A DNA stretch of 58,287 nt from positions 1 through 58,287 of the forward strand of contig CAZUKV010000002.1 of NCBI GenBank assembly GCA_964621075.1, in the 5' to 3' direction. Shown piece after piece: positions 9,358 through 21,673 of this stretch. The notes below the pieces were generated by a model. The model saw nothing but the letters and a program-made list of their open reading frames with translations. It was not told the DNA's origin and searched no databases. Each line of letters opens with the position of its first letter. Position 1 is the first letter of the stretch. The position numbers were made by a program, and so were the translations under genes. This DNA comes from an uncultured bacterium (GTDB taxonomy: Bacteria > Macinerneyibacteriota > Macinerneyibacteria > Macinerneyibacteriales > Macinerneyibacteriaceae).

Positions 9358-10774
9358 GAGGATGACTCTCCTTTAAACTTGAAACAGTAATTTTAGTAAA
9401 CTGAGCTTTTTCCCTTAATTCTTTGATGTTTTTTGCACCGCAGTGTCCCATTCCGGATCTCAATCCTCCGAGTAACTGGTATAGAGTATCTTTTAATTTT
9501 CCCTTATAGGGAACTCTACCTTCTATTCCTTCAGGAACAAATTTGGCTTCTTCGGTTACAGATTCTTGAAAATATCTTTTTTTGCTTCCCTTTTTCATGG
9601 CTCCAAGAGATCCCATTCCGCGATAACTTTTAAAAGATCTTCCTTTATAGATAATACGTTCTCCTGGGGATTCATCTGTACCCGCAAGTAAACTTCCAAG
9701 CATAACTGTATGTGCTCCAACTCCAAGAGCCTTAACAATATCTCCAGAATATCTTATTCCTCCATCTGCAATAACAGGAACATCAAGATCTTTTGTATAT
9801 TCCATTACATTCATTATTGCTGTTACCTGTGGGACCCCAACTCCAGCAACAACCCTTGTTGTACATATGGAACCAGGACCGATTCCAACTTTAATTGCAT
9901 CAGCACCTGCATCTATTAATTCTTTTGCTCCATCTTTTGTGGCGACATTTCCTGCCATGATATCTATAGAATATTCTTTTTTTAATTTTTTTATTGTTTC
10001 AATTACATTTTTTGAAAAACCGTGAGATGAATCAATAACAATTAAATCAACCCCTGCATCTATTAATTTAGGAGCCCTTTCAAAAGCGTCATCTAAAACA
10101 CCAACAGCGGCTCCTACTTTAAGTCTTCCATGTTTGTCTTTGCAGGCAAGGGGATGGTCGATATTTTTTTGAATATCTTTTACTGTAATTAATCCTTTTA
10201 AATTAAAATCATCATCAACAACAAGTAATTTTTCAATTCGATGTTTGTGCAATTTTTTTATAGCGTCATCCATTGTTGTTTCTTCCGGAACAGTTACAAG
10301 ATTTTCTTCCTGTGTCATAATTTCTTTTATATTTTTTGTCATATCAGAAGCGAATCTCAGATCTCTTTTTGTTATAATACCTTTTAGTTTGTTTTTAATG
10401 GTTATAGGGATTCCGGAAATATTATGTTTTTGCATGTATGCTTTTGCTTTAGATATTTTTTCATTTGGATTTAAAGTAATAGGATTAGTTATCATTCCGC
10501 TTTCATATCTTTTAACCTGGTCAACTTCTGCTGCCTGTTGTTTTGGAGTCATGTTGTAATGAATTATTCCCAGACTTCCTTCAATAGCCATTGCTATTGC
10601 CATGTTGGATTCTGTTACTGTATCCATTGCAGCACTAATTATTGGAATTTTAAGATTTAAATTTCTGGTTAATTTAGTACCGAGATTTATATCTTCCAGA
10701 TTTATATTTGAGTAGCGTGGGATTAAAAGAATATCATCAAATGTTAAACCTTCACCGACTATTTTTTTATCCAT
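9311..10774 (-). CDS. guaB: IMP dehydrogenase with CBS subdomain
   Basis: SAAMDTVTE, catalytic [36 protein letters not shown]. Confidence 0.98.
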   Translation of the reverse strand: MDKKIVGEGLTFDDILLIPRYSNINLEDINLGTKLTRNLNLKIPIISAAMDTVTESNMAIAMAIEGSLGIIHYNMTPKQQAAEVDQVKRYESGMITNPITLNPNEKISKAKAYMQKHNISGIPITIKNKLKGIITKRDLRFASDMTKNIKEIMTQEENLVTVPEETTMDDAIKKLHKHRIEKLLVVDDDFNLKGLITVKDIQKNIDHPLACKDKHGRLKVGAAVGVLDDAFERAPKLIDAGVDLIVIDSSHGFSKNVIETIKKLKKEYSIDIMAGNVATKDGAKELIDAGADAIKVGIGPGSICTTRVVAGVGVPQVTAIMNVMEYTKDLDVPVIADGGIRYSGDIVKALGVGAHTVMLGSLLAGTDESPGERIIYKGRSFKSYRGMGSLGAMKKGSKKRYFQESVTEEAKFVPEGIEGRVPYKGKLKDTLYQLLGGLRSGMGHCGAKNIKELREKAQFTKITVSSLKESHPHDVTITKEAPNYRFN

Positions 10775-10794
10775 AAGAACCTCCTATAAAATCA

Positions 10795-10867
10795 AGCGGA
10801 TAACGGGACTCGAACCCGCGACTTTCAGCTTGGGAAGCTGAAGCTCTACCAGCTGAGCTACATCCGC
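10795..10867 (-). tRNA. tRNA-Gly (CCC), CCA not encoded
   Basis: Reverse complement GCGGATGTAGCTCAGCTGGTAGAGCTTCAGCTTCCCAAGCTGAAAGTCGCGGGTTCGAGTCCCGTTATCCGCT folds as a cloverleaf; anticodon loop TTCCCAA; TTCGA T-loop; U73. Confidence 0.96.
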
Positions 10868-10981
10868 TTTTAATAATCCTTTTAGAGAAAATTAGCATAA
10901 AGGAAAAAAAATTCAATCATTAATTTATTATACAAAAGAGTTGAATAAATAAAAGGATTATATTAGGGGTTTATAAATTTA

Positions 10982-13003
10982 TTGAAAATTATAATAAAAA
11001 GTGATAAAATATCAGCAATAATGACTGGAAAAGAATTGCAAAGAATGATTTTATTATTAATTGGGTTTATCATTTTAATGTATCTTGCATTTTCTCTATA
11101 TCTTTACAGGGAAGATTATCAAAACACAAGGAAATGGATAGATAGAAGCTTAAACAATATAACAAATGATATAAACAGATCCCTCTGGTCCTATGAAATT
11201 GATGATATAAAAGAAAAAATTAATTTCCTTGAGAAATATGATGTTGTAAAAAAGGTTTTTGTTTATGAAAAAATAGAAAAAAAATATATTACAGAGAATT
11301 CAAATATTTATAACAGGGATTTCTTGAATGAGTATAAAAATAAATTTTTTTATTCTATTGAAGAACGTGAGTTAAAGTATAATGGAGAGAATATTGGTCG
11401 TTTAATTGTTGTAGTAAATAAATATCCAGTATTATTGGATGTATTTAAGTTTATACTGGCTTTGTCTATTATATTATTTTTTTCAATTTGGGCTTTAAAA
11501 AGTTTAATCCGGCGTATTAAATCAAGTTTTGAAGAACAACTATCAAAAAATAAAAAGTTAAAAACTCATTATTATAATGTAATTCAATCATCACCAAATC
11601 CTTTAATTATACTAAATTCAGACAATACTATCTTTGCCTCGAATAACAGTTTTAAGAAGGAATTTTTAAATAAGGCAGATACTTTTTTTAAAAGCGAAGC
11701 CTTTAAGCAAATTAAAAATTATTTATATAATATTCAGGATATTAAAGATGATATTTTTTTACAAAATGTAACTATTTATAATAAAAATTACTCAGTATAT
11801 ATCTATCCAGAACATTCGATAGAGGAGAAGAGTAAAAAAGTAATAATCCAATATGTTGATATTACGGAGATAAAAGAGATTGAAAAGAAATATATCAGGG
11901 CACAAAAAATGGAAACTGTAGGAATGCTTACAGGTGGGGTGGCCCATGATTTTAATAATTTACTTGCCGGGCTTTTTTCATATACCGATATTATCAAGAA
12001 AAATCTGGAAAAAGAAGATGATTTAAAAAACTTAAAATATATAAAAGAGATAAAAAATATTTTAGTGCAGGGTAAAGAGCTTGTTAATCAGATACTTATA
12101 TTCAGTAGGGAGACTAATTTAGAAAGGGAAATGGTAAATGTCAGGAATGCTCTCAATACATCTATAGCGATAGCGAAACACTCAATAACCAAAGAAATTA
12201 ACATAATTATCAAGAACAGTTTAAATGAAAAAGTTTATGTATATGCTAATAAAAATATTTTAATTCAGATATTTCTTAATCTGTTAATTAATGCAGGAGA
12301 TGCTCTTGAGGAGCAGGAAGATCCCTTTATAAAAATTGTTTTAAAGTGTAATGATAACAAGCTTTTTTTTACAATAAAAGATAATGGGGTTGGTATCCCC
12401 CAGCAGAATATAGATAAAATTTTTGATCCATTTTTTACAACAAAAAAAGGAAATAGTACAAAGAAAGGTACAGGGCTGGGATTATCCATTGTTTATGAAA
12501 AAATTAGTTCTATAGATGGAGTAATTGATTTAAAAAGCCAGGAAGGGAAAGGCACAACTTTTAAAATAATTCTGCCATGTTTTAAAAAAAAGAAAGAATC
12601 TGATAGTACAATAGGAGATAAATCTCTGGATAAATTAAAAAACCTAAATCTTTTAATTGTAGAAGATGAAAAGTTAATTGCAAGGAGTTTGAAAGAGCTT
12701 CTTGAAGATAGCTATGGCATTAATTCAAAAATAGTTTTCAACGGGAACGAAGCTTATAATTATTTGAAATCAAATGAAGTTGATTTGATTTTTCTTGATT
12801 GGATTATGCCTGAAATGAGTGGAAAAGAGTTTATAAAAGAGATTAATAATAATGAGAAAAACCCTCCTCCGATTTTATTGACTTCCGGGCATATTGAAAA
12901 AAATATAAAAGATATTGTAAAGAAGTATTCTTTTATTAAAGATATTCTCTACAAGCCCTATAATATTGAAACATTAATTAGCAAAATTTCTTCAAATATT
13001 TGA
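10982..13003 (+). CDS. Hybrid sensor histidine kinase (TM-extracytoplasmic-TM, PAS-like, HisKA, HATPase, receiver)
   Basis: H-box GGVAHDFNNLL, N-box NLLINAGDA, DNGVGI, FDPFFTTK, GTGLGL, receiver LIVEDE...FLDWIMP. True start probably a downstream ATG (11021). Confidence 0.92.
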   Translation: MKIIIKSDKISAIMTGKELQRMILLLIGFIILMYLAFSLYLYREDYQNTRKWIDRSLNNITNDINRSLWSYEIDDIKEKINFLEKYDVVKKVFVYEKIEKKYITENSNIYNRDFLNEYKNKFFYSIEERELKYNGENIGRLIVVVNKYPVLLDVFKFILALSIILFFSIWALKSLIRRIKSSFEEQLSKNKKLKTHYYNVIQSSPNPLIILNSDNTIFASNNSFKKEFLNKADTFFKSEAFKQIKNYLYNIQDIKDDIFLQNVTIYNKNYSVYIYPEHSIEEKSKKVIIQYVDITEIKEIEKKYIRAQKMETVGMLTGGVAHDFNNLLAGLFSYTDIIKKNLEKEDDLKNLKYIKEIKNILVQGKELVNQILIFSRETNLEREMVNVRNALNTSIAIAKHSITKEINIIIKNSLNEKVYVYANKNILIQIFLNLLINAGDALEEQEDPFIKIVLKCNDNKLFFTIKDNGVGIPQQNIDKIFDPFFTTKKGNSTKKGTGLGLSIVYEKISSIDGVIDLKSQEGKGTTFKIILPCFKKKKESDSTIGDKSLDKLKNLNLLIVEDEKLIARSLKELLEDSYGINSKIVFNGNEAYNYLKSNEVDLIFLDWIMPEMSGKEFIKEINNNEKNPPPILLTSGHIEKNIKDIVKKYSFIKDILYKPYNIETLISKISSNI

Positions 13004-13034
13004 TTTTATTAAGACATGTTCTAATTGAAAAAAC

Positions 13035-13063
13035 TTGACATTAAAAGGTTTAGTATCTATAGT
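13035..13063 (+). promoter_or_regulatory. Sigma70 promoter of lysS envelope operon
   Basis: TTGACA (13035-13040), 17 nt, TATAGT (13058-13063). Confidence 0.75.
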
Positions 13064-13093
13064 TTTACTTGTGAATTATTAGAAGGAGGCTTT

Positions 13094-14575
13094 ATGGAAG
13101 ATTATAATATACTCATAAAAAAAAGATTTGAAAAGGTAGAAGAATTAAAGAAAAAAGGAATAAAACTATTTAAATATAATTTTGATAAAGAGCAGGATAT
13201 TGCTCAAATTCAAAGTGAATATAAAGATGTTAAAGATGAGCAAACAGGATATACAAAAACAGCAGGGAGATTGATGATAAAAAGAATTCACGGGAAAAGC
13301 GGCTTTGCTGATTTAAAAGACGATTCCGGGAAAATTCAGCTTTACTTTAGAAAGGATTTCATTGGAGAGGATCAATATGATCTTTTTAAAATTCTTGACA
13401 TTGGAGACATAATAGGAGTAGAAGGAACTCTTTTTAGAACTAAGACCGGAGAATTGACTGTAGTTGTTAAAAATTTTGAACTTTTAACAAAATCTTTAAG
13501 ACCGCTTCCGGAAAAATTTCATGGGTTGCAGGATAAAGAATTAAGATATAGACAGCGTTATCTGGATTTGATAGTAAATAATAATGTTCGCGAAACTTTT
13601 AGGAAAAGGAGCCGCATTATTTCTTTTATAAGAAGATACATGGAAAAAAACGGGTACATGGAAGTTGAGACTCCTGTGTTACAAAAAATATATGGTGGTG
13701 GAGAAGCAAGTCCATTTAAAACATTCCACAACAAACTTGATAGTGAGCTATACATGAGGATAGCCCTTGAAACATATTTGAAAAGATTGATTGTTGGAGG
13801 GTATGAAAAAGTCTTTGAAATGGGCAGGGTCTTTAGAAATGAAGGAATGGATCGGAATCATAATCCCGAGTTTACTATGCTGGAATTTTATGCGGCTTAT
13901 CATGATTTATATGATATGATGGATTTTACAGAAAATTTAATAAAAGAGACTATAAAAGAAATTGGAATTGAGTTGGATAAGCTGGAATATGAGGATAGAG
14001 TAATTGATTTAAGCGGGAACTGGGAAAAATTATCAATGGTTGATGCAATTAAAAAATATGCTGATATTGATATAAAAAAATATAAAAATAAAGAATTGAT
14101 AGATATAATAAAAAAAGAAGAAGAACTCGAGAGTGAAGATTTAACAGAGGGTGAAATAATATTTGAACTTTTTGATGTTTATGTTGAACCAAAATTAATA
14201 AACCCAACTTTTATAACTGATTATCCAATTGATGTATCCCCTCTTGCGAAAAAAAAGAGAAATGATAATGGGACAAAATTTGTTGAAAGATTTGAGCTGT
14301 TTATAAATGGATGGGAATTTGCAAATGCTTATTCAGAATTAAATGACCCTATTGAACAGGAGAAAAGGTTGAAAAAACAGGAGGAAAAATTTAATGAGGG
14401 AAAAGAAGAAACTGACAGATTAGATGAGGATTTTATTAGAGCCCTTCAGTATGGAATGCCGCCAACAGGTGGAGTTGGAATAGGTGTAGATAGATTGATA
14501 ATGCTTTTGACAAACTCCAGAACTATAAAAGATGTACTTTTTTTCCCACATATGAAAGATGAAGGAATTAATTAA
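13094..14575 (+). CDS. lysS: Lysine--tRNA ligase (class II)
   Basis: OB-fold GKSGFADL, YRQRYLDL, FRNEGMDRNHNPEFTMLE, YGMPPTGGVGIGVDRL; ATG 13094 follows AGGAGG SD (the track's 13025 start overlaps the promoter). Confidence 0.97.
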   Translation: MEDYNILIKKRFEKVEELKKKGIKLFKYNFDKEQDIAQIQSEYKDVKDEQTGYTKTAGRLMIKRIHGKSGFADLKDDSGKIQLYFRKDFIGEDQYDLFKILDIGDIIGVEGTLFRTKTGELTVVVKNFELLTKSLRPLPEKFHGLQDKELRYRQRYLDLIVNNNVRETFRKRSRIISFIRRYMEKNGYMEVETPVLQKIYGGGEASPFKTFHNKLDSELYMRIALETYLKRLIVGGYEKVFEMGRVFRNEGMDRNHNPEFTMLEFYAAYHDLYDMMDFTENLIKETIKEIGIELDKLEYEDRVIDLSGNWEKLSMVDAIKKYADIDIKKYKNKELIDIIKKEEELESEDLTEGEIIFELFDVYVEPKLINPTFITDYPIDVSPLAKKKRNDNGTKFVERFELFINGWEFANAYSELNDPIEQEKRLKKQEEKFNEGKEETDRLDEDFIRALQYGMPPTGGVGIGVDRLIMLLTNSRTIKDVLFFPHMKDEGIN

Positions 14576-15780
14576 TGAATATACCTTTTTGGATTGCTTT
14601 GAAATATTTGAAAGGTAGAAGAAAAAATAAACTTCTTTCAGGTATAACGTTTATTTCTATTTTGGGCATTATGGTTGGGGTAATGGCTCTAACTGTTGTT
14701 CTTTCTGTTATGGATGGCTTTGAAAAAGATTTAAAAGAAAAAATTATTGGGGTCAATTCACATATAGTTGTTAGGAATCAATTTAGCAGTGAGATAGAAG
14801 ATTATAAAAATTTAACAGATAGAATTATGGGTTTGAACATGATTGAAAAAACTTCTCCTTATATAACCGGGGAGGGGTTAATTATGAGAAACAGCAGAAC
14901 CTTTAGTATAAGAATAAGGGGAATAATCCCTGAAAAAGAAAAAGAGGTTACAAATTACAATAAGTTTTTAAAAAAAGGAAGATTGAAAAAAGATTCTATT
15001 GCAATAGGAAGTGAGCTTGCTAAATATATTAATGTTAGTATTGGAGATAAAGTTAGAATCTTATCACCGCAGGGAAGCAAGAGAACTCCCATAGGTATTT
15101 TCCCCAGGGTGAAAGTTTTTACTGTTTCTGCGATTTTTGAGAGTAAGATGTATGAATACGATACATCTCTGATCTATCTGGACCTTGAAACAGCAAAAAA
15201 ATTTTTAAATAAAGAAGGGGTATCAGGAATAGGAATTAAAATTAAGAATATAAATAAAGCTCAAAAAATTTCTGAAAAATTGAATACCCAGCTGGGAGAA
15301 ACGTATATAGCAAAAGATTGGTTTAGAATGAATCGGTCTTTATACTCTGCCATGCAGCTGGAAAAGAAAACAATGTTTGTTATATTATCTTTAATTGTTC
15401 TGGTGGCCTCATTTAATATAATAGCTTCTCTGATTACCCTTGTTAAAGAAAAAACAAAAGAGATTGGAATTTTGAGATCGTTGGGGTTTAACAAAAATGA
15501 AATTAGAAAAATATTTGTTTATAACGGTATGATCATTGGAGGGGTTGGTACCCTTTTAGGAGAAATTGCTGGATTAATTATTTCTCTTGTAATAAAAATT
15601 GCACATATTGATATTTTACCTGCTGATGTTTATTATTCAACCCAGCTGCAGGTTTCTTTTTCATTTTGGAACTTTTTTCTTGTTGGAGTTGTTGCATTAT
15701 TGATAACCTATGGTGCATCCATTTTCCCTTCATTACATGCATCAAAATTAGATGTTGTTGAGGCTTTAAGATATGAGTAA
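14575..15780 (+). CDS. lolE: Lipoprotein-releasing ABC transporter permease (LolC/E-like, single copy)
   Basis: [46 protein letters not shown]. Confidence 0.9.
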   Translation: MNIPFWIALKYLKGRRKNKLLSGITFISILGIMVGVMALTVVLSVMDGFEKDLKEKIIGVNSHIVVRNQFSSEIEDYKNLTDRIMGLNMIEKTSPYITGEGLIMRNSRTFSIRIRGIIPEKEKEVTNYNKFLKKGRLKKDSIAIGSELAKYINVSIGDKVRILSPQGSKRTPIGIFPRVKVFTVSAIFESKMYEYDTSLIYLDLETAKKFLNKEGVSGIGIKIKNINKAQKISEKLNTQLGETYIAKDWFRMNRSLYSAMQLEKKTMFVILSLIVLVASFNIIASLITLVKEKTKEIGILRSLGFNKNEIRKIFVYNGMIIGGVGTLLGEIAGLIISLVIKIAHIDILPADVYYSTQLQVSFSFWNFFLVGVVALLITYGASIFPSLHASKLDVVEALRYE

Positions 15781-16456
15781 TAATATTATTGAAATTAAAA
15801 ATTTATCAAAAACCTATTTTTCTATTGGAGAAGATGTAAATGTGCTGAAAAATATAAACTGGAACCTGAAAAAGGGAGATTCCGCTGCAATTCTGGGGGA
15901 GTCGGGTGTTGGCAAATCAACACTGCTTTATGTTTTGGGTCTTTTAACAAAACCAACAGATGGAGAAATTTTTTATAATAACAAAAATTTAACAGATGCA
16001 GGAGATTTGAAAAAATCAAAATTTATAAAAAATAATATTGGGTTTATATTCCAGTTTTTTCAATTATTTAATGACATGACGCTCTGGGAAAATCTTTATT
16101 TTGTAGCAAAAATGTATTATAATAATGAAGAAGCACAAAAAGAGTGCGAGAAATTAATTGAATATTTGGGGCTTGAAGATAGAAAAGATCAAACAGTTAC
16201 ATATTTGTCGGGTGGGGAGAAGCAGAGAGTTGCAGTTGCAAGAGCTTTATTGAAAAATCCCGAAGTTTTGCTGGCCGATGAACCAACAGGTAATTTAGAT
16301 GAGAAAAATGCAAAAAAAATATTGGATTTTATATTTAAGATAAAAGAGGATAGAGATATTTCTCTTGTAATGGTAACACATAACCAAAAAATAGCTGGGT
16401 ATTGTAACAAAAAATATGAATTACATAATAAATCAATTAGTGAGGTGTCTATTTGA
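15773..16456 (+). CDS. lolD: Lipoprotein-releasing ABC transporter ATPase
   Basis: Walker [34 protein letters not shown]; follows lolE. Confidence 0.9.
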   Translation: MSNNIIEIKNLSKTYFSIGEDVNVLKNINWNLKKGDSAAILGESGVGKSTLLYVLGLLTKPTDGEIFYNNKNLTDAGDLKKSKFIKNNIGFIFQFFQLFNDMTLWENLYFVAKMYYNNEEAQKECEKLIEYLGLEDRKDQTVTYLSGGEKQRVAVARALLKNPEVLLADEPTGNLDEKNAKKILDFIFKIKEDRDISLVMVTHNQKIAGYCNKKYELHNKSISEVSI

Positions 16457-18954
16457 TGTACGAAAAATTTAGTGAAAGAGCAAGAAAAATTATTATATAT
16501 GCCAGAGAAGAGGCACAAAAGTTGAACTACGATTTTATTGGAACCGAACATGTTCTTCTTGGATTGTTAAGAGAGGGTGCCAGTATAGGTGTAATTGTCT
16601 TAAGACGCTTGAAAGCTAACATAACAAATCTTAAAAGTAATGTTGAAGCATATCTTCTAAAAGAAAATGAACCAAATGCAAATCATGAAATTCAATTAAC
16701 TCCAAGAGCTAAAAGAGTTTTGGAATTAGCTGTTAATGAAGCAGAAAAGATGGGGCATAATTTTATTGGGACCGAACATATATTACTCGGGCTGATTTTA
16801 GAAGATAATGGTATTGCAGCAAAAGTTTTAAAAAAAGAAGGGTTAACTTCAGATAAAATAAGGTCAGAGATAGTTAATCTATTAAGTGGAGATGCTGATC
16901 AGGATGTTTTTAAAAAGAATAGAAACAAAAAAAGAGCTAAAAAATCTTCCGCTTCCTTAGAGGATTATAGTAGAGATTTAACTCGGATGGCTGATTTGGG
17001 CAAACTTGATCCGGTTATTGGAAGAGAAATTGAAATAGAACGTTTAATGCAGATATTGGGACGTAGGAAAAAAAACAACCCGGTTTTGATTGGCGAGGCT
17101 GGGGTAGGGAAAACAGCAATAGTTGAAGGATTAGCACAAAGAATTGTTGAGGAGGAAGTTCCCTCCAGTTTAACAGGAAAAAAAGTTATATCTTTAGATC
17201 TGCCCTCAATAATTGCAGGAACGAAATACCGGGGGCAGTTTGAACAGCGTTTAAAAGCCCTGTTAAAAGAGATTCAAAAATCAGAAAATATTATTGTATT
17301 TATAGATGAAATGCATACCCTGGTTGGAGCTGGAGCTGCAGAGGGTGCAATCGATGCATCCAATATTTTGAAACCTTCTCTTGCAAGGGGGGAGATTCAA
17401 TGTATTGGTGCAACTACTCTGGATGAATATAGAAAATATATAGAAAAAGATACTGCACTTGAGAGAAGATTCCAGAAAATTATAGTGGATCCGGCTACTG
17501 TTGAAGAAACAATTGATATCATATCCGGATTAAAAGATAGATATGAAGCTCATCATGGATTAGAGATAACCGATGAAGCTATTCTCTCATCAGCAAGATT
17601 GTCTGAAAGGTATCTTTCAGATAGATTCCTTCCGGATAAAGCTATTGATTTAATTGATGAGGCTGCATCTATGGTGAGATTGACATTATCAAAAAGGCCT
17701 AAAGAAATTACTGATCTTGATAAGAAAATTAAAGAGTTAAACAAAGATAAAACTAATGCTATAATGATGCAAAAATTTGAAAAAGCAGCATTTTTCAGAG
17801 AACGTGAAGAAAAATTAAAAACCCAGAAAAAATCTTTGGTTTCACAGTGGGAAGAAAATCAATCCAATCAGGAACAAAAAGTTGAACAGGAAGATATAGC
17901 AATTTTGATTTCAAAATGGACAGGAATTCCCGTAGCAAAAATTGAAGAAAAAGAAAGTGAAAGATTGCTGCGTATAGAAGAAGAATTAAGAAAACAGATA
18001 ATAGGACAGGATAAGGCTATTAAAGTTGTGGCGAATGCTCTTAGAAGAACAAGAGCAGGATTGAAAGATCCCTCAAGACCTATTGGAGCCTTCATGTTTT
18101 TAGGTCCTACAGGTGTTGGGAAGACTGAATTAGCAAGAGTTCTTGCTGAATTTATGTTTGATGATGAAAATACTTTAATAAGAGTTGACATGTCTGAGTA
18201 CATGGAAAAATTTGCTGTTTCAAGATTGACAGGAGCTCCACCTGGATATGTTGGATATGAAGAAGGAGGGCAGTTAACTGAAAAAGTTAGAAGGAAACCC
18301 TATTCTGTAGTTCTTCTTGATGAGATAGAAAAAGCTCACCCTGACGTATTTAATATATTGCTCCAGGTTTTTGAAGATGGACATTTAACTGATAGTCTTG
18401 GAAGAGTTATAGATTTTAAAAACACAATTATAATAATGACATCTAATATTGGAGCTAAATATATATGGAATCAAAAACGAGTTGGTTTTTCAGAGAATGC
18501 AGATGGTATAGATTATGATAAAATGAAAGAAATGGTTGTTTCTGAAACAAAGAAAAAATTTAACCCTGAATTTTTAAATAGACTCGATGAACTTGTTGTA
18601 TTTAATACTCTGGGAGAAGAAGAAATTAGAAAAATTATTGAAATTAATCTCGAAGAGGTAAAAGAAAGAGTTGAAGAAAAAAACATGTATTTAGAAGTTA
18701 CAGAGAATGTTAAAGATTATTTAATTGAAGTTGGATTTAATAAAGAATATGGTGCAAGACCCCTTAGAAGAAGTATTCAAAAAAATATTGAAGATGTTTT
18801 GGCGCTGGATATTTTAAAAAATAAGTTTGTAGAAGGCGATACAATAAAAGTAGATGTTGAAGATGGTAAAATTGTTACAGAAAGAGCTGAAGATTCAATA
18901 TTGAGGGGATTAAAAGAAGAAGAGGCGGAGGAAGTAGATGAAAAGGCTGAGTAG
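16453..18954 (+). CDS. clpC: ATP-dependent Clp protease ATPase subunit ClpC
   Basis: Double Clp-N repeats, two AAA modules ([16 protein letters not shown]), short UVR-type middle domain ([13 protein letters not shown]), GARPLRR. Confidence 0.93.
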   Translation: MMYEKFSERARKIIIYAREEAQKLNYDFIGTEHVLLGLLREGASIGVIVLRRLKANITNLKSNVEAYLLKENEPNANHEIQLTPRAKRVLELAVNEAEKMGHNFIGTEHILLGLILEDNGIAAKVLKKEGLTSDKIRSEIVNLLSGDADQDVFKKNRNKKRAKKSSASLEDYSRDLTRMADLGKLDPVIGREIEIERLMQILGRRKKNNPVLIGEAGVGKTAIVEGLAQRIVEEEVPSSLTGKKVISLDLPSIIAGTKYRGQFEQRLKALLKEIQKSENIIVFIDEMHTLVGAGAAEGAIDASNILKPSLARGEIQCIGATTLDEYRKYIEKDTALERRFQKIIVDPATVEETIDIISGLKDRYEAHHGLEITDEAILSSARLSERYLSDRFLPDKAIDLIDEAASMVRLTLSKRPKEITDLDKKIKELNKDKTNAIMMQKFEKAAFFREREEKLKTQKKSLVSQWEENQSNQEQKVEQEDIAILISKWTGIPVAKIEEKESERLLRIEEELRKQIIGQDKAIKVVANALRRTRAGLKDPSRPIGAFMFLGPTGVGKTELARVLAEFMFDDENTLIRVDMSEYMEKFAVSRLTGAPPGYVGYEEGGQLTEKVRRKPYSVVLLDEIEKAHPDVFNILLQVFEDGHLTDSLGRVIDFKNTIIIMTSNIGAKYIWNQKRVGFSENADGIDYDKMKEMVVSETKKKFNPEFLNRLDELVVFNTLGEEEIRKIIEINLEEVKERVEEKNMYLEVTENVKDYLIEVGFNKEYGARPLRRSIQKNIEDVLALDILKNKFVEGDTIKVDVEDGKIVTERAEDSILRGLKEEEAEEVDEKAE

Positions 18955-21157
18955 TATTCTATTAATTGTTTTGTTGTTAACCGGATTAAGTTATAGCCAG
19001 GCAACAATAGATGAGATAAATGTTGATGGTTTAAATAATTTAGATAAAGATTTTTTTGTTTCAATATTAAATCAAAAAAAAGGAGATTCCTTTTCTCCTG
19101 TAAAATTGAGAGATGATATAAGAAATCTTTATGAGTTGGGATATTTCGAAAATATAGATGTAGATGTAAATGAAACATCTACCGGGATAGTTATCCATTT
19201 TGAGGTAAAAGAAAGGCCCTTTATTTATGAAATTAATATAAAAGGAAATAAGCAATTTTCCAAAAATGAAATTTTGGAGGAAGCTCCTTTCTTAACAGAA
19301 GATGTTCCTTTTGATAAAAAATATATTCATAAAGCAGAATACAGAATTAAAAAGAAATATCAGGAAAAAGGATATGCGTCTATAAAAGTGAAAACTTCTC
19401 ATACTCTTAAAGAGGATAAAGGAATTATCATTAATTTTAATATTGAAGAAGGTACCAAGATTTCTGTAGGAGATATTGTTTTTAAAGGAATTGATAAAGT
19501 AGATCCTGATGAGCTTAGAAAAGCAATGGAAACCAAAGAGTCACGATGGTGGAAACATCCAAAATTAGACAAGACACAATTAAAAGAAGATATGGAAAGA
19601 ATAAAAAAGAAATTAAATGAGCTCGGGTATTTTGGATATGAAATAAGAGGGCATGAAGTTAAGATAGATGATAAAAGGAAAAGAGCTGATATATATATAG
19701 ATTTGAAAGAAGGAAAAAGGTACATATTAGATGAAATTGAAGTAAAGGGAAATGAGATATTTGCTGATAAAGAAATACTGGAGAATATAACATTAGAAAA
19801 AGGTGAATATTTTGATGGAGAAGAGTGGTCAAAAACCCAGCAGAATATTATAAATATGTATGGGAATAAGAGTCATATTTTTGCAAATATTGATCCAATT
19901 TACAATTTTGATGGTGATAAGTTAAACTTAAAATTAATTATAAATGAAGGGAATCCAATTAAAATTGGTAATATAAATATAGAGGGTAACACTAAAACCT
20001 TTGATAAAGTAATCCTGAGAAATCTTCTTTTAAAACCAGGAGATAAATTTCAGAGAAATAAGCTGATGTTGAGTCAAAGGCAGTTATATAATACTGGATA
20101 TTTTAAAGATTTGAAAATTATTCCATCTCCACATAAGGGTAGAGAAGATAAAATGGATCTTACAATTAGTTTAAAAGAACAACGGACAGGGTCCATTAAT
20201 TTTGGAGGAACTTATAATGCTGTTACCGGTTTTGCCATTTATTTGAAATATGAAGAAAAAAATATTTTTGGCAGGGGAATTAAAGGAAATATTCAAATCG
20301 ATTATGGAAAAAATAAAAAAACTTACATGCTTGGATTAACAGATCCTTACTTTCGTGATACACCAACCTATGTTTCATTTAATGTTTACAGAAAATTAAA
20401 TATATATGATGAGTATGATATTTTTAGAAATGGTGGAGATATAACACTTGGAAGAAATTTATCACTCTTCACAAAGGGTTTTATCTCATACAAATATGAA
20501 CGTGTAGATCTTGAAAATGTTATAGAAGAAGCTCAGGAAGACATCGACGAAGCTTCAGAGATAAGGAGTAGTGCAACAATTTCTTTTGAGAGAGATTCGA
20601 GGGATAATAAATTTGAACCAACAACAGGAACTTTTAACTCTATTTCTGCTGAACTTGGAGGTACTATTCTTGGAGGAGATCTTAATTATCATAAATATGA
20701 AGCAGAAACTAATTGGTTTTTTAAATCATTTTGGAAATTAGTTTTTTCAAATAATTTGAAAGTTGGAGTAGTAGAAAAATTAGAACCTTCTTCAAAAGTT
20801 CCCCAGTATGAAAGGTTTTTTGTAGGGGGAAATGTATATGGAGTTAGGGGATATGAAGATAAAGAGTTATCTCCTGAAGATGAAAATGGCTATATAACAG
20901 GAGGGAATTTTTATGTTACAAATTCTGTAACTTACAAAGCACCGTTAGTCGAGAACAGAGTAACAGGATATTTATTTTGGGATGTTGGTAAAGCATGGGA
21001 AAATATTGGGGATTTTAATTTCCGGGATATGAGAGATGGTGCCGGTCTTGGTGTTAAAGTAACTACACCTATGGGTCCCCTTACATTGGAATATGCATAT
21101 GGTTTTGAAAATAAAAACTGGAAGTTTCATTTTGGAATTTTTCAGGGTGATTTTTAA
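18938..21157 (+). CDS. bamA: Outer membrane protein assembly factor BamA
   Basis: Signal peptide, five POTRA-like repeats, VRGYE lid motif, [14 protein letters not shown]-terminal Phe. Confidence 0.95.
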   Translation: MKRLSSILLIVLLLTGLSYSQATIDEINVDGLNNLDKDFFVSILNQKKGDSFSPVKLRDDIRNLYELGYFENIDVDVNETSTGIVIHFEVKERPFIYEINIKGNKQFSKNEILEEAPFLTEDVPFDKKYIHKAEYRIKKKYQEKGYASIKVKTSHTLKEDKGIIINFNIEEGTKISVGDIVFKGIDKVDPDELRKAMETKESRWWKHPKLDKTQLKEDMERIKKKLNELGYFGYEIRGHEVKIDDKRKRADIYIDLKEGKRYILDEIEVKGNEIFADKEILENITLEKGEYFDGEEWSKTQQNIINMYGNKSHIFANIDPIYNFDGDKLNLKLIINEGNPIKIGNINIEGNTKTFDKVILRNLLLKPGDKFQRNKLMLSQRQLYNTGYFKDLKIIPSPHKGREDKMDLTISLKEQRTGSINFGGTYNAVTGFAIYLKYEEKNIFGRGIKGNIQIDYGKNKKTYMLGLTDPYFRDTPTYVSFNVYRKLNIYDEYDIFRNGGDITLGRNLSLFTKGFISYKYERVDLENVIEEAQEDIDEASEIRSSATISFERDSRDNKFEPTTGTFNSISAELGGTILGGDLNYHKYEAETNWFFKSFWKLVFSNNLKVGVVEKLEPSSKVPQYERFFVGGNVYGVRGYEDKELSPEDENGYITGGNFYVTNSVTYKAPLVENRVTGYLFWDVGKAWENIGDFNFRDMRDGAGLGVKVTTPMGPLTLEYAYGFENKNWKFHFGIFQGDF

Positions 21158-21178
21158 AAAAATTATTAGGAGGATTAT

Positions 21179-21673
21179 ATGAAGAAAATAATTTCATTAT
21201 TTTTAATTGTATTTTTAATTGGAACAGCAGTTGTTGCACAGAATATTGCAGTTGTTGATGTTGCAAAAGTTTATGATGCATCGAATGATGCCAGAAAAGC
21301 ACAATCTATTTTCCAGAAAGAAGCTGAAGGCATGCAAAAACAGATGAAGTCAAAATATGATGAGCTATTACAGCTTCAAAAGGAATTTAAAGAAAAAGCT
21401 CAATTTTTAAGTGAAAAAGAAGTTGAAAAGAAAAAACAGGAATTAATGAAAAAACAGCAGGAATTTAATCAATTAAGAAATAAACTTGCACAGCAATCTG
21501 AAAGTAGAAGACAGGAGTTAATGAAACCAATACTTGAAAAAATCAAGGCTATAGTTGCAAATATAGCAAAAGAGAAAAATTATGATGCTGTTATAAACAA
21601 GGAAGCCTTTATTTATTCAAAAGATAATATGGATATTACTTCCATGGTAATAGAAAGGCTAAACAAAAAATGA
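21179..21673 (+). CDS. skp: Skp/OmpH periplasmic chaperone
   Basis: Signal peptide, IAVVDV, long coiled coil, DITSMVIERLN; follows bamA. Confidence 0.92.
   Translation: MKKIISLFLIVFLIGTAVVAQNIAVVDVAKVYDASNDARKAQSIFQKEAEGMQKQMKSKYDELLQLQKEFKEKAQFLSEKEVEKKKQELMKKQQEFNQLRNKLAQQSESRRQELMKPILEKIKAIVANIAKEKNYDAVINKEAFIYSKDNMDITSMVIERLNKK

Noticed and set aside
10868-10981. Strand switch near the rnpA/mnmG block as a possible oriC
   Set aside because: No dnaA/dnaN and no TTATCCACA-type boxes seen; the gap is short and explained by divergent promoters.
10795-13003. tRNA-Gly as an integration site for an island carrying the kinase
   Set aside because: No integrase and no duplicated tRNA 3' end found; the kinase is on the 5' side of the tRNA.
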